Assembly: GCA_963767925.1 (NCBI GenBank)
Contig: CAVYGB010000008.1
Coordinates: 800,001 to 864,000 of the forward strand
DNA from: an uncultured delta proteobacterium
Lineage (GTDB): Bacteria > Myxococcota_A > Polyangia > Fen-1088
Direction: 5' to 3'
DNA length: 64,000 nucleotides
The notes below the pieces were generated by a model that saw only the letters and a list, made by a program, of their open reading frames with translations, searched no databases and was not told the origin of the DNA. Position numbers and translations under genes: made by a program. This document shows positions 1 to 12,268 of this stretch, in pieces. Position 1 is the first letter of the stretch. The number at the start of each line of letters is the position of its first letter.

Positions 1-3030
<3,030 letters not shown>

Positions 3031-3050
3031 CCGGACCGAGGCGATAGCAG

Positions 3051-4546
3051 ATGGGCAAGCCGACCGGCTTCATGGAGTATGCGCGGACCGTCCCGCTGTC
3101 GCGCCACCCGCGCGAGCGGGTGCGCGACTGGAACGAGTTCCACGAGCACCTGTCCGGAGGAGGACGCTGCGGCACCAGGGTGCGCGCTGCATGGACTGCG
3201 GCGTCCCCTTCTGCCACACCGGCAAGATGATCGAAGGGTCGGCGGCGGGCTGTCCGCTGCACAACCTGATCCCGGAGTGGAACGACCTGGTCTACCGGGG
3301 ACGCTGGCGGGAGGCGCTCGATCGCCTGCACATGACCAACAACTTCCCCGAGTTCACCGGGCGGGTCTGCCCGGCGCCCTGTGAAGGGTCCTGTGTCCTC
3401 GGCATCAACGCCCCGCCGGTGACCATCAAGAACATCGAGGTCTCGATCGTCGACACGCGGCTTCGAGATGGGCTGGATCGTGCCGGAGCCGCCCGCTGCG
3501 GCGCACGGGCAAGAAGGTGGCGGTGGTCGGCTCGGGACCGGCGGGCCTGGCCGCCGCCGCCGAGCTGAACAAGGCCGGCCACGCCGTCACCGTGTTCGAG
3601 CGCGCCGATCGCATCGGCGGTCTGCTGACCTACGGCATCCCGCCCATGAAGCTCGACAAGGAGCTGGTCGATCGGCGGGTCAAGCTGCTCGAGGCCGAAG
3701 GGGATCACCTTCGTGACCAACACCGAGGTGGGCAAGAACTTCCCGACCGATCGGCTGCGGGCCGAGTTCGACGCCCTGGTCCTCGCCGGCGGCGCCACCT
3801 TGGCCCGCGACCTGCAAGGTGCCGGGCCGGGAGCTGCCCGGCATCCACTACGCGATGGACTTCCTGACCCTGTCGACCAAGAGCCTGCTCGACAGCGGGC
3901 ATGGCCGACGGGCGTTACCTCTCGGCCGAGGGCAAGTACGGTGGTGGTCATCGGCGGCGGCGACACCGGGACCGACTGCGTGGGCACCGCCCTCCGCCAC
4001 GGCTGCAAGAGCCTGGTCCAGCTCGAGATCATGCCCCGACCGCCGGAGGACCGGGCCGTCGACAACCCCTGGCCGCAGTGGCCCAAGGTCTACCGGCTGG
4101 ACTACGGCCAGGAGGAGGCGGCCGCCATCTTCGGCGCCGATCCCCGCCAGTACGCGGTCACCACCAAGCGCTTCGTCGCCGGCCCCGACGGCAACCTGGC
4201 CGCCATGGTCGTCGCCGAGCTGAAGAAGGTGCCGGGGCCCACGGGGGGCCTGCGCTTCGAGGAGGTGCCCGGCAGCGAGCGGACCTTGCCCGCCGACCTG
4301 GTGCTGCTGGCGATGGGCTTTCTGGGCCCCGAGCGCGAAGGGCTGCTGGTCGACCTGGCCGTCGAGCTGGATGGCCGGGGCAACGTCAAGGTCGACGAGA
4401 AGAAGATGACCAGCGTGCCCGGCGTCTTCGCGGCCGGGGACATGTCGCGCGGTCAGTCCCTCATCGTGTGGGCGATCGCCGAGGGCCGGGAGGCGGCCCG
4501 CGGCGTCGACGCCTACCTGATGGGCGGCCAGACCGTCCTCTCCTGA
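3051..4546 (+). CDS. gltD: Glutamate synthase small subunit (several indels)
   Basis: [10 protein letters not shown] start, [65 protein letters not shown]; directly follows gltB. Confidence 0.95.
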
Positions 4547-4548
4547 GC

Positions 4549-4569
4549 GGCGGCGGCCTCGCCGCCGCC
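4549..4569. terminator. GC-rich hairpin between convergent genes
   Basis: GGCGGCGGC-ctc-GCCGCCGCC perfect 9-bp stem just after the gltD stop; no strong U tract. Confidence 0.4.
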
Positions 4570-4607
4570 TTGCCGTCTTCTCCCGAGGGCCGGCGCCGGG
4601 CGGGCCG

Positions 4608-5600
4608 CTAGAGGACGCGCACCGCCGGGACCGCGGTGGCCACCGCCTCGACCCGGTTGCGCAAAGGCCGCCCGAAGGGGGGAGCGCTGATCTCGAACAC
4701 GTCACCCGGCTCGGTCACCACGCCGTCGGTGGCGGAGACGGTGCTGGTGCCCAGGAAGTGCAGGTGGACGTCGCCGGGGCGGCGGAACATCGGGTACTTG
4801 AACTGGTGGTACTCCAGGTTGGCCACCGAATGGCTCATGTTGGCCTCGCCCGACACGAAGGGCTTCTCCCAGATGACCTTCCCCTTCCGCAGGAGGCGGG
4901 TTGTCCCGGAGATCTCGGGGGGGAGCTCGCCGAGCAGGAGCTCCGGCCCGACCGCCGAGGGGCGGAGCTTGGAGTGGGCCAGGTAGAGGTAGTTCTGCCG
5001 CTCCATCACGTGGTCGGTAAAGTCGTTGCCGAGCGCCCAGCCCACCCGGCAGGGGACGCCGCCCTCGGCGATGACGTACATGCCGACCACCTCGGGCTCC
5101 TCCCCGCCGTCGAGGGCGAAGTCGGGGACGCCGAGCGGCTGGCCCGAGGCGACGAGGCCGGCGCCGTTGCCCCGGAAGAACCACTCCGGCTGGACGCCGA
5201 CGCTGCCCGGCTCGGGCTTGCCGCGCTCCACGCCCCAGCGGAAAAGCTTCATGCTGTCCGAGAGGGAGCCCTCGGGCGGGGCCAGCTTGGTGTGCATGCG
5301 ATCGCGCGCCTCGGCGCTGCCGAGGTGGGTCAAGCCGGTCCCCGTGACCCAGCAGCGCGTGGGCACCGGGTGCTCGAGCGGCGGCAGCAGGCGGCCCTCG
5401 CTCTCGGCGGCGTCGAGATCGATCGTCTCCCGGGACTGGGCCTCGCTCGCCAGGTCGGCGATGCGCTGCCCGGTCTCGATGGCTTCCAGCGCCAGCTCGT
5501 AGGTGGTCTCCACGCCCTCGAGGCGAAGCGCCTTGCCGTCTTCGTTGACGGCGGCCACCGCCCGGCGTCCCTGCGGATCTCGGAGCTGCACCAATCTCAT
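4608..5600 (-). CDS. FAH-superfamily AraD1/GguC-like protein
   Basis: MRLVQ start; TGTGLTHLGSA, GVQPEWF, DGGEEPE, QNYLYLAHSKLR, SGEANMSHS motifs. Confidence 0.85.
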   Translation of the reverse strand: MRLVQLRDPQGRRAVAAVNEDGKALRLEGVETTYELALEAIETGQRIADLASEAQSRETIDLDAAESEGRLLPPLEHPVPTRCWVTGTGLTHLGSAEARDRMHTKLAPPEGSLSDSMKLFRWGVERGKPEPGSVGVQPEWFFRGNGAGLVASGQPLGVPDFALDGGEEPEVVGMYVIAEGGVPCRVGWALGNDFTDHVMERQNYLYLAHSKLRPSAVGPELLLGELPPEISGTTRLLRKGKVIWEKPFVSGEANMSHSVANLEYHQFKYPMFRRPGDVHLHFLGTSTVSATDGVVTEPGDVFEISAPPFGRPLRNRVEAVATAVPAVRVL

Positions 5601-5619
5601 GTGGCGCGGGTTTACCACG

Positions 5620-6489
5620 TCAGCGCCTGCCCCGGATCGCGCCGAGGGCGATCCGGCCCAGCCAGGCCAGCAGCAAGAGCAGGCTGGCGACCATGGTCTG
5701 GGTCCCCCCCACCGGGAGCTCGAAGAAGAAGGCCGCCAGATAGCCGGCGCCCGCCGCCAGGGCGCCCAGCAGGGCCGCCACCAGCGCCGCCCAGGAGAGC
5801 TGCAGGCCCAGCGCCAGGGCGGTGACCGCCGGGAGGGTGCCCAGGGCGAAGACCGGCAGGGCGCCCAGCGCGCGCGCCGACACGCCCACCATGGCCCCCA
5901 CCGAGGCCAGGAGGAAGGCGTTGAGGAAGCGGACCGGCAGCCCCTGGACCCGGGCCGCGTCGGGGTCGAAGCTGGCGAACACCAGCCCCCGCCACCACAA
6001 GATGTGCAGGATGAGGACCAGCGCGCCGGTCACCCCCACCACCGCCAGATCCACCGGGCGGACGAGGACCGCCGACCCGAACAGGATCGAGTGGATGTCG
6101 TGGGCCTCCTGCACGATGCGGTCCTCGATCACGATGGTGGCCCCCCCGGTCACGGCGAAGGCGAACCCCAGCATGCTCTCGCGGGGGAGGCGGTAAGCCC
6201 GGGGATCGACGGAGAGCAGCAGGGTGGAGCCGAGGGCCAGCCCGATGGCGCCCACGATGGGATCGACGCTCAGCCCCAGGTGGATCTCGGCGAAGAAGGC
6301 CAGGGCCACCCCCAGCGCCGAGGCCTGGGTGACGGCCACGCTGACGAAGACCATGCGCCGGAGGACGACGTACACGCCGAGGAAGCCGAGCACGGTGCCG
6401 GCGATGAGGGCGCACAGGACCGGGTCGCGGAACAGCTCCCAGGCCGCCAGGAAGCCGGCCCAGGTCGGTGCCTCCACCGCCCCTTGCAT
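5620..6489 (-). CDS. Metal (Zn/Mn) ABC transporter permease
   Basis: LGVYVVLRRMVF, ILFGS, SFDPDAARVQG; hydrophobic ZnuB-like protein. Confidence 0.9.
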   Translation of the reverse strand: MQGAVEAPTWAGFLAAWELFRDPVLCALIAGTVLGFLGVYVVLRRMVFVSVAVTQASALGVALAFFAEIHLGLSVDPIVGAIGLALGSTLLLSVDPRAYRLPRESMLGFAFAVTGGATIVIEDRIVQEAHDIHSILFGSAVLVRPVDLAVVGVTGALVLILHILWWRGLVFASFDPDAARVQGLPVRFLNAFLLASVGAMVGVSARALGALPVFALGTLPAVTALALGLQLSWAALVAALLGALAAGAGYLAAFFFELPVGGTQTMVASLLLLLAWLGRIALGAIRGRR

Positions 6490-7214
6490 CAGCCGACCTC
6501 CCCGTATTGCCGCCGGAAGGTGGGGTGGGCAAAGATGACGTCGGGCAGGTCGTAGAGGGCCACGCCGTCGTCGCGGTCGAGGTAGAGGACCCGATCGGCG
6601 AAGCGGCGCACCAGCCCGAGCAGGTGGGTGATGATCACCACCGACATGCCCCGCTCCCGGGTCTGCTCGCGCAGCAGGGCCATGGTTCGCTGCTCGGCCA
6701 CCGCGTCCATGGCAGCGGTCGGCTCGTCGAGAAAGGCCAGATCGGCGCCGGCCGCCAGCACCCGGGCCAGCAACACGCGTTGCTTCTGGCCTTCCGACAG
6801 ATCGCGCACGAAGGCGTCGGCCAGGTCGGTGGCCTGGGCGGCAGCCAGCGCGGCGTCCGCCCGCCGTTGCATCGGGTCGAGGCGCGCGCCCCGCAGGAAG
6901 CCCCAGCCGGTGAGCGTCCCCCAGGAGGCCACGTCGCGGGCCCGCACCGGGACCAGGGGGTCGACGGTGGAGGCCTGTGGCATGTAGGCCAGGCGGGGCA
7001 GGGGATGGGGCCGGCGAACCGCGCCTCCGACCGCCGGCTGGAAGCCGAGCAGCGTCTTGAACAGGGTGCTCTTGCCGGATCCGTTGCGGCCCAGCACGGC
7101 GACGGTGGTCCCGCGGCGGATGCTCGCGTCGATGGGCGGCAGCAGCGCCCGGCCCCGGTGGCCGATCACCAGCCGGTCGCAGCGGAGCAGCTCGTCTCCC
7201 GGCTCAGAGCGCAT
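6489..7214 (-). CDS. Metal ABC transporter ATP-binding protein
   Basis: Walker A GRNGSGKST, signature LSEGQKQR, Walker B FLDEP. Confidence 0.92.
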   Translation of the reverse strand: MRSEPGDELLRCDRLVIGHRGRALLPPIDASIRRGTTVAVLGRNGSGKSTLFKTLLGFQPAVGGAVRRPHPLPRLAYMPQASTVDPLVPVRARDVASWGTLTGWGFLRGARLDPMQRRADAALAAAQATDLADAFVRDLSEGQKQRVLLARVLAAGADLAFLDEPTAAMDAVAEQRTMALLREQTRERGMSVVIITHLLGLVRRFADRVLYLDRDDGVALYDLPDVIFAHPTFRRQYGEVG

Positions 7215-7677
7215 CGGCCTCGGTCTCGAGGACCAGCCCCACCGTCGCCCGGGTGTTGCCGGGTCCGCCGAGGGTGAGCGCCTGGGACCCGACCCCCACG
7301 TCGAACTCGTACCAGGCGGCCAGCTCGGGACAGGGCCCCCCCTTCCCGCTGTCCGAGGGCGTCACCTGGCCGGCCATGGCGTTGCCGAGCTGGACGGGGA
7401 CGTCGTCGGCCAGGAACACGAGGAGCCGCCCGCGCAAGGTGGAGGCGAAGCGGACGGTGCCCGCCCGTCCGCCCGACGAGGCTGGCAGGGCCACGTCGTA
7501 GCGGGTGTGGGTCGCCACCTCGGGGGCGCTGGCCGCCGAGCCGGTCGCGCCGATGGGCGAGGGGATGGCGGTGAGGTGCTCGCAGGCTTCGGCGAAAGGG
7601 TCCTGCGGGCCGAGCACGTCGCAGCCGAGCGCGAGCGTGGCCAGCAGGAGGGCGCCGGTGAGCCGGGTGAGGCTCAC
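7204..7677 (-). CDS. Hypothetical lipoprotein in the ABC operon
   Basis: GTG start overlapping the upstream TGA; lipobox LALGC; EACEH motif. Confidence 0.7.
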   Translation of the reverse strand: MSLTRLTGALLLATLALGCDVLGPQDPFAEACEHLTAIPSPIGATGSAASAPEVATHTRYDVALPASSGGRAGTVRFASTLRGRLLVFLADDVPVQLGNAMAGQVTPSDSGKGGPCPELAAWYEFDVGVGSQALTLGGPGNTRATVGLVLETEADAL

Positions 7678-8591
7678 GAGGCCCCTCCCAGCGCCTTGGC
7701 CAGGGCGGCCACCACCCGCCCGACGTGATCGAGGTAGGTCTCCCCCCCGGGAAAGTTCGTCGCCGCCGGCACGCGCAGCAGCGGCGCCGGGATGCGGTCT
7801 GCCACCAGCTTCGAGGTGGAGTCGGGATAGTGCTCCTCCTGCAAGATCAGGCGGACCTTGCGCTGGCGGGCCAGGGCCAGGAGCTGGGCCACGTGGCGAG
7901 GATTGGGGGGCACCCCCGGCTTGGCCTCGAGAAAGCCGATCGGCTCGAGGTGCAGCCAGTCGCACAGATAGGTCCAGGTCTTGTGGTAGCCGACCACCGG
8001 CACGCCCCGGAACGGGGCCAGCGTCTTCTCCCATCCGGCGCGGGCGGCCTGCAGCCGCTTGACCAGGCCGTCGGCGCCGCTGCGGTAGCGGCCGGCGTGC
8101 CCGGGATCGATCTGGGCGAGCCGGGCGGCGATGCCGGCGGCGACGCGCTCGGCGGAGCGAGGATCGTAAAGGTAGTGGGGGTTGCCGCCGGGGTGGATGT
8201 CCCCCTGGCTGCGATCGAGCGCCTGCCCGGGCAGGTCGAGCTTGCTGACGAACTGCGAGCAGTCGAGGTGGCCGGGGGCACCCGCCTGGATCTTGCCGTT
8301 GCGGGCGCCGACCAGCAGCGTGGGCAGCCAGCCCACCTCGAGGTCGAGGCCGACCAGCAGCAGCAGGTCGGCCCGGTTGAGCTCGAGGGCGAGGCTCGGC
8401 TTGGCGTCGACGAAATGGGGATCCTGGGTGGGCAGCGACAGGGACCGGACGTTCACGAGGTTCCCCCCGATCTCGCGGGCCAGGGCGGCCAGGTCGGGCA
8501 CGGTGGCCACCACCCGCACTTCGGCGCGCGCGGGGAGGCTGCCGCCGAGGGCAGTGAGGAAGGAAACGGCGATCGTAAGAAGAGCACGCAT
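7674..8591 (-). CDS. Metal ABC transporter substrate-binding protein (ZnuA/TroA type)
   Basis: Signal peptide, VVAT, QDPHFVDAKPS, GNPHYLYDP, YHKTW. Confidence 0.92.
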   Translation of the reverse strand: MRALLTIAVSFLTALGGSLPARAEVRVVATVPDLAALAREIGGNLVNVRSLSLPTQDPHFVDAKPSLALELNRADLLLLVGLDLEVGWLPTLLVGARNGKIQAGAPGHLDCSQFVSKLDLPGQALDRSQGDIHPGGNPHYLYDPRSAERVAAGIAARLAQIDPGHAGRYRSGADGLVKRLQAARAGWEKTLAPFRGVPVVGYHKTWTYLCDWLHLEPIGFLEAKPGVPPNPRHVAQLLALARQRKVRLILQEEHYPDSTSKLVADRIPAPLLRVPAATNFPGGETYLDHVGRVVAALAKALGGAS

Positions 8592-8731
8592 GGTCGTTCT
8601 CCCGGAAAAGAGGTCGGGTTCTGGCTCCGCCCGGAGCCGCTCTGGGGGTCGCGCTGGGCGCGGCGGGACGTCGCTTGCTGACGTCGTGGACCGTCGTCGG
8701 TCGTGGTCGGAGGGACGGACGCGGTCCGACG

Positions 8732-9142
8732 TCAGACGGGCGGAGCGGGCGGTGAGCTCTTGGGAGCCAGGCGCAGGAGGGCCACGGGGGCGGGCGGCTC
8801 GACGCGGTCGCGCCAGCCAGGGTGGATCGGGACCGGAGGCGGCCCCGCCAGGACCCCGAAGTCGGCGCGCAGGTTGGCCAGGTCGAGCCGGCGGAAGCCG
8901 GCGGCCAGGCAGTGATCGTCGGCGTGGCCCGCGCTCTCGGGGCCCAGGCGCTCGAGCCAGGGGACCGTCCGGGACAGCGGGGCAGGGCCAGGCGTCTGGC
9001 CGCCCTCGGCGTGCACCAGAGCGTCGTGCTCGAGGCAGGTGGCGTGCTGGACCAGGGCCAGGTGGACCAGGCCCAGGAGCTGGGCCATCAGGCAAAGGCC
9101 CGCCACGGCGTAGCGGAGGGGAAGTTTTGACGCCGCGAGCAA
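8732..9142 (-). CDS. His/Cys-rich small membrane protein (DUF2946/CruR-like architecture)
   Basis: N-terminal TM segment, QHATCLEHDALVH, HADDHC, C-terminal LAPKSSPP; lies upstream of the metal uptake operon. Confidence 0.65.
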   Translation of the reverse strand: MLAASKLPLRYAVAGLCLMAQLLGLVHLALVQHATCLEHDALVHAEGGQTPGPAPLSRTVPWLERLGPESAGHADDHCLAAGFRRLDLANLRADFGVLAGPPPVPIHPGWRDRVEPPAPVALLRLAPKSSPPAPPV

Positions 9143-9226
9143 GGAGCTGCCTCTCCCCGATCAGCTACGAGAGCGGACCGCCCCTGTCAAGCGATCGCTC
9201 GCGGCCGTCGCGCCTGCCCGCGCCGA

Positions 9227-9809
9227 TCAGGGGCGTTCGGACTCGAAGGCGGCGATGGCCGCCTCGTCCGCGAGCAGGAAGCCCAGCTCGTCGATCGCCG
9301 TTCATCAGGCAGTAGCGGGCGAAGGGATCGATGGGGAACGTCACCTTGCGTGCCGTCGGGCAGGGTCGAGGGTCTGGTCCTCGAGCGAGACGGTCACGGT
9401 CTCTCCCGGCGCGGCCAGCAGGCGGGCGTGCGACCGTCTCGTCGACGACGATGGGGCAGCAGGCCGTTCTTGAGGGCGTTGTTCCGGAAGATGTCGGCGA
9501 TCGAGGTGCTGACGACGGCCCGGAAGCCGTAGTCGTGCAGCGCCCAGGGGGCGTGCTCGCGCGAAGAGCCGCAGCCGAAGTTGTCGCCGGCGACCAGGAC
9601 GGCGGCGCCGGCCGCCTCGGGCCGGTTGAGGATGAAGTCGGGCTTGGGGGCGCCGCCGGCGTCGTAGCGCCAGTCGGCGAACAGGTGCTTGCCGATGCCC
9701 GACCTTGCGTGGTGACCTTGAGGAAGCGGGCCGGGATGATCTGGTCGGTGTCGACGTTTTCGATCGGCAGGACGACGGTCTTCGAGGAAAAGGTGACGAT
9801 GGGTTCCAT
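9227..9809 (-). CDS. leuD: 3-isopropylmalate dehydratase small subunit (indels)
   Basis: [43 protein letters not shown]. Confidence 0.93.
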
Positions 9810-9833
9810 GTGGGCGCTCCGTTCCTTTCCTCT

Positions 9834-11290
9834 TCAGGGTCTCGCGGCGAGGGTGCGGGCGTCGGTGATCTTGCCGGTGACGGCGGCGGCGGCGGCGGTG
9901 AGCGGGGCTGGCCAGGAAGGTGCGGCCGCCGGCGCCCTGCCGGCCCTCGAAGTTGCGGTTCGAGGTGCTGACGGCGTATTGGCCGGGCGACAGCTGGTCG
10001 CCGTTCATGGCGATGCACATCGAGCAGCCGGCCTCGCGCCACTCGGCGCCGGCCTCCTGGAACACCCGGTCGAGCCCCTCGGCCTCGGCCTGCCTTCTTG
10101 ATCCGCTGCGAGCCCGGGACCACCAGCGCGCGCACGCCCGGCGCGACCTTGCGGCCGCGCGAACACGCTGGCGGCGGCCCGCAGATCGGAGAGGCGCGAG
10201 TTGGTGCAGCTGCCGATGAAGACCACGTCGATGGGCGTGCCCGAGCAGCGGCTTGTCCGCCTCGAGCCCCATGTAGCGCAGGGCCTTCTCCATGCTGGGC
10301 GTCGTCGGGCGCCGGCACCGGCGCGGTGATCCCGATGCCCATGCCCGGGTTGGTGCCGTAGGTGATCATCGGCTCGAGCGCGGCGGCGTCGAAGCGTCTC
10401 CTCGCGGTCGAAGCGTGGCACCCTCGTCGGTGGGCAGGGCTGCGCCAGCGCGGCCAGCGCCCGGTCCCAGTCCGCGCCCTTCGGGGCGCGCGGGCGCCCG
10501 GCCAGGTACTCGATAGGTGACGTCGTCGGGGGCGATCAGCCCGGCGCGGGCGCCGGCCTCGATCGACATGTTGCAGACCGTCATGCGCTCTTCCATCGAG
10601 AGGCCGCGGATGGCGGAGCCGCGGTATTCGATGACGTGGCCGGTGCCGCCGCCGATGCCGATGCGGGCGATGACCGCGAGGATGATGTCCTTGGCGGTCA
10701 CGCCCGGGCCGCAGTTGCCCCTCGACCGTGATGGCCAGGGTCTTGGGCGGCTGCTGCAGCAGGCACTGGCGTGGCCAGCACGTGGCCCACCTCGCTGGTG
10801 CCGATGCCGAAGGCGAGCGCGCCGAAGGCGCCGTGGGTGCTGGTGTGGCTGTCGCCGCACACGATGGTCATGCCCGGCTGGGTGAGGCCCAGCTCCGGGC
10901 CGATGACGTGGACGATGCCCTGGCCTTCGCTGCCGAGGGCGTGCAGCTCGATCCCGAAGTCGCGGCAGTTGGTCTCGAGCTGGGCGATCTGGGCCGCCGC
11001 CTGGTCGTCGACGATGCGGAACTTGCCGTCCGCGCCCCGGGGCAGTGGTCGGCGTCGAGTGGTCCATGGTGGCCACCGTGCGGTCGGGCCGGCGCACGCG
11101 CAGGCCGCGCTCGCGCAGCACCGGTGAAGGCCTGGGGGGAGGTCACCTCGTGGATGAGGTGCAGGTCGATGTAGAGAATCGCGGGGGTCTGGTCGGTCGG
11201 GCGTCTGACCAGGTGCGCATCCCAGATCTTCTCGAACAGGGTGCGGGGCGCGGTGGCAGACGAGCCGGCGGGCGGCGTGACAACCGTCAT
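9834..11290 (-). CDS. leuC: 3-isopropylmalate dehydratase large subunit (indels)
   Basis: [58 protein letters not shown]. Confidence 0.95.
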
Positions 11291-11351
11291 GGTCCCTGGA
11301 ATGTGCGCCGCGCGCGCGGGGGGCGTCCAGTGACTTTTGCTTCCCCATTCG

Positions 11352-11366
11352 TTAAGTTCTACTTAA
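11352..11366. promoter_or_regulatory. Putative LysR recognition box (T-N11-A inverted repeat)
   Basis: TTAAG-TTCTA-CTTAA in the AT-rich divergent leuC/lysR intergenic region, touching the lysR ATG. Confidence 0.6.
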
Positions 11367-12268
11367 TGATCGAGCCGAGCCTGTTGCCCGCCCTCTACGA
11401 CGCCCTCGTGGTGGCCCAGACCTCCTCGGTGGGGGAAGCCGCGCGCCGGCTGCACAAGACCCCCTCGGCGGTCTCCCAGCAGCTCCGCCGGGTGGAGGAG
11501 CACTTCGAGGTCTCCCTGTTCCAGAAGGTCGGCCGGCGCATTCGCCTCAGCCGGGCCGGCGAGACCGCCCTCGGCGCGTTGACCCGGGTGTTCGACGAGG
11601 CGGCCTCGCTGGGGACCTTGCTGGGCGAGCTGAGCGGCAAGGGGGTCACCACCTTGCGGCTGGCGGCCAGCGACTACCTCGGCGAGGCCCTGCTCCTGCC
11701 GGTCATCCGGGAGATGCTGCACGACCGCGCGCCGCTGCATTTCGAGATCACCACCACCCATTCGGCGGAGGCCGGGCGGCTGGTGGCCGAGGGGCAGGTG
11801 GACGCCGCCATGGTGAGCGTGGGCGTCGACCAGGAGCCGGGGCCCCTGGAGGTCCCGCTGTGCGTGCAGCCGTTCTACTGGGTGGCGCCCCGGCCGAGCA
11901 CCGCGCCAGGGCGGGGCGTGGCGGCGCGCCTGTCGCGCGAGCCGCTGCTGCGCCTGCTCCCCGGTAGCCGGGGCCGCCGCCTGCTCGACGAGTACCTCGG
12001 TCGGACTGGCATCCGGCCCGCTTCGACCATAGATCTACCAAACGTGTCCCTGATGCTGTCCTACACCTCGCGCGGGCTGGGCATCGGGCTGGCGCCGGGG
12101 CTGGCCACGCTGCGCCTGCCGCGCCGGCGCGTCGTGGTCGAGCGGGCCGACGTGGAGACGCTGGACGTGCGCCTGGTGCTGCGGCCGGGACTGAGCCGCA
12201 GCGAGCCGGTGCGCCGGTTCCTCGACCGCCTGGTGGAGGAGGGGAGGCGCGTGGGCGACCGGGTGTGA
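11366..12268 (+). CDS. LysR family transcriptional regulator
   Basis: HTH SVGEAARRLHKTPSAVSQQLRRVE; about 300 aa; divergent from leuC. Confidence 0.92.
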   Translation: MIEPSLLPALYDALVVAQTSSVGEAARRLHKTPSAVSQQLRRVEEHFEVSLFQKVGRRIRLSRAGETALGALTRVFDEAASLGTLLGELSGKGVTTLRLAASDYLGEALLLPVIREMLHDRAPLHFEITTTHSAEAGRLVAEGQVDAAMVSVGVDQEPGPLEVPLCVQPFYWVAPRPSTAPGRGVAARLSREPLLRLLPGSRGRRLLDEYLGRTGIRPASTIDLPNVSLMLSYTSRGLGIGLAPGLATLRLPRRRVVVERADVETLDVRLVLRPGLSRSEPVRRFLDRLVEEGRRVGDRV

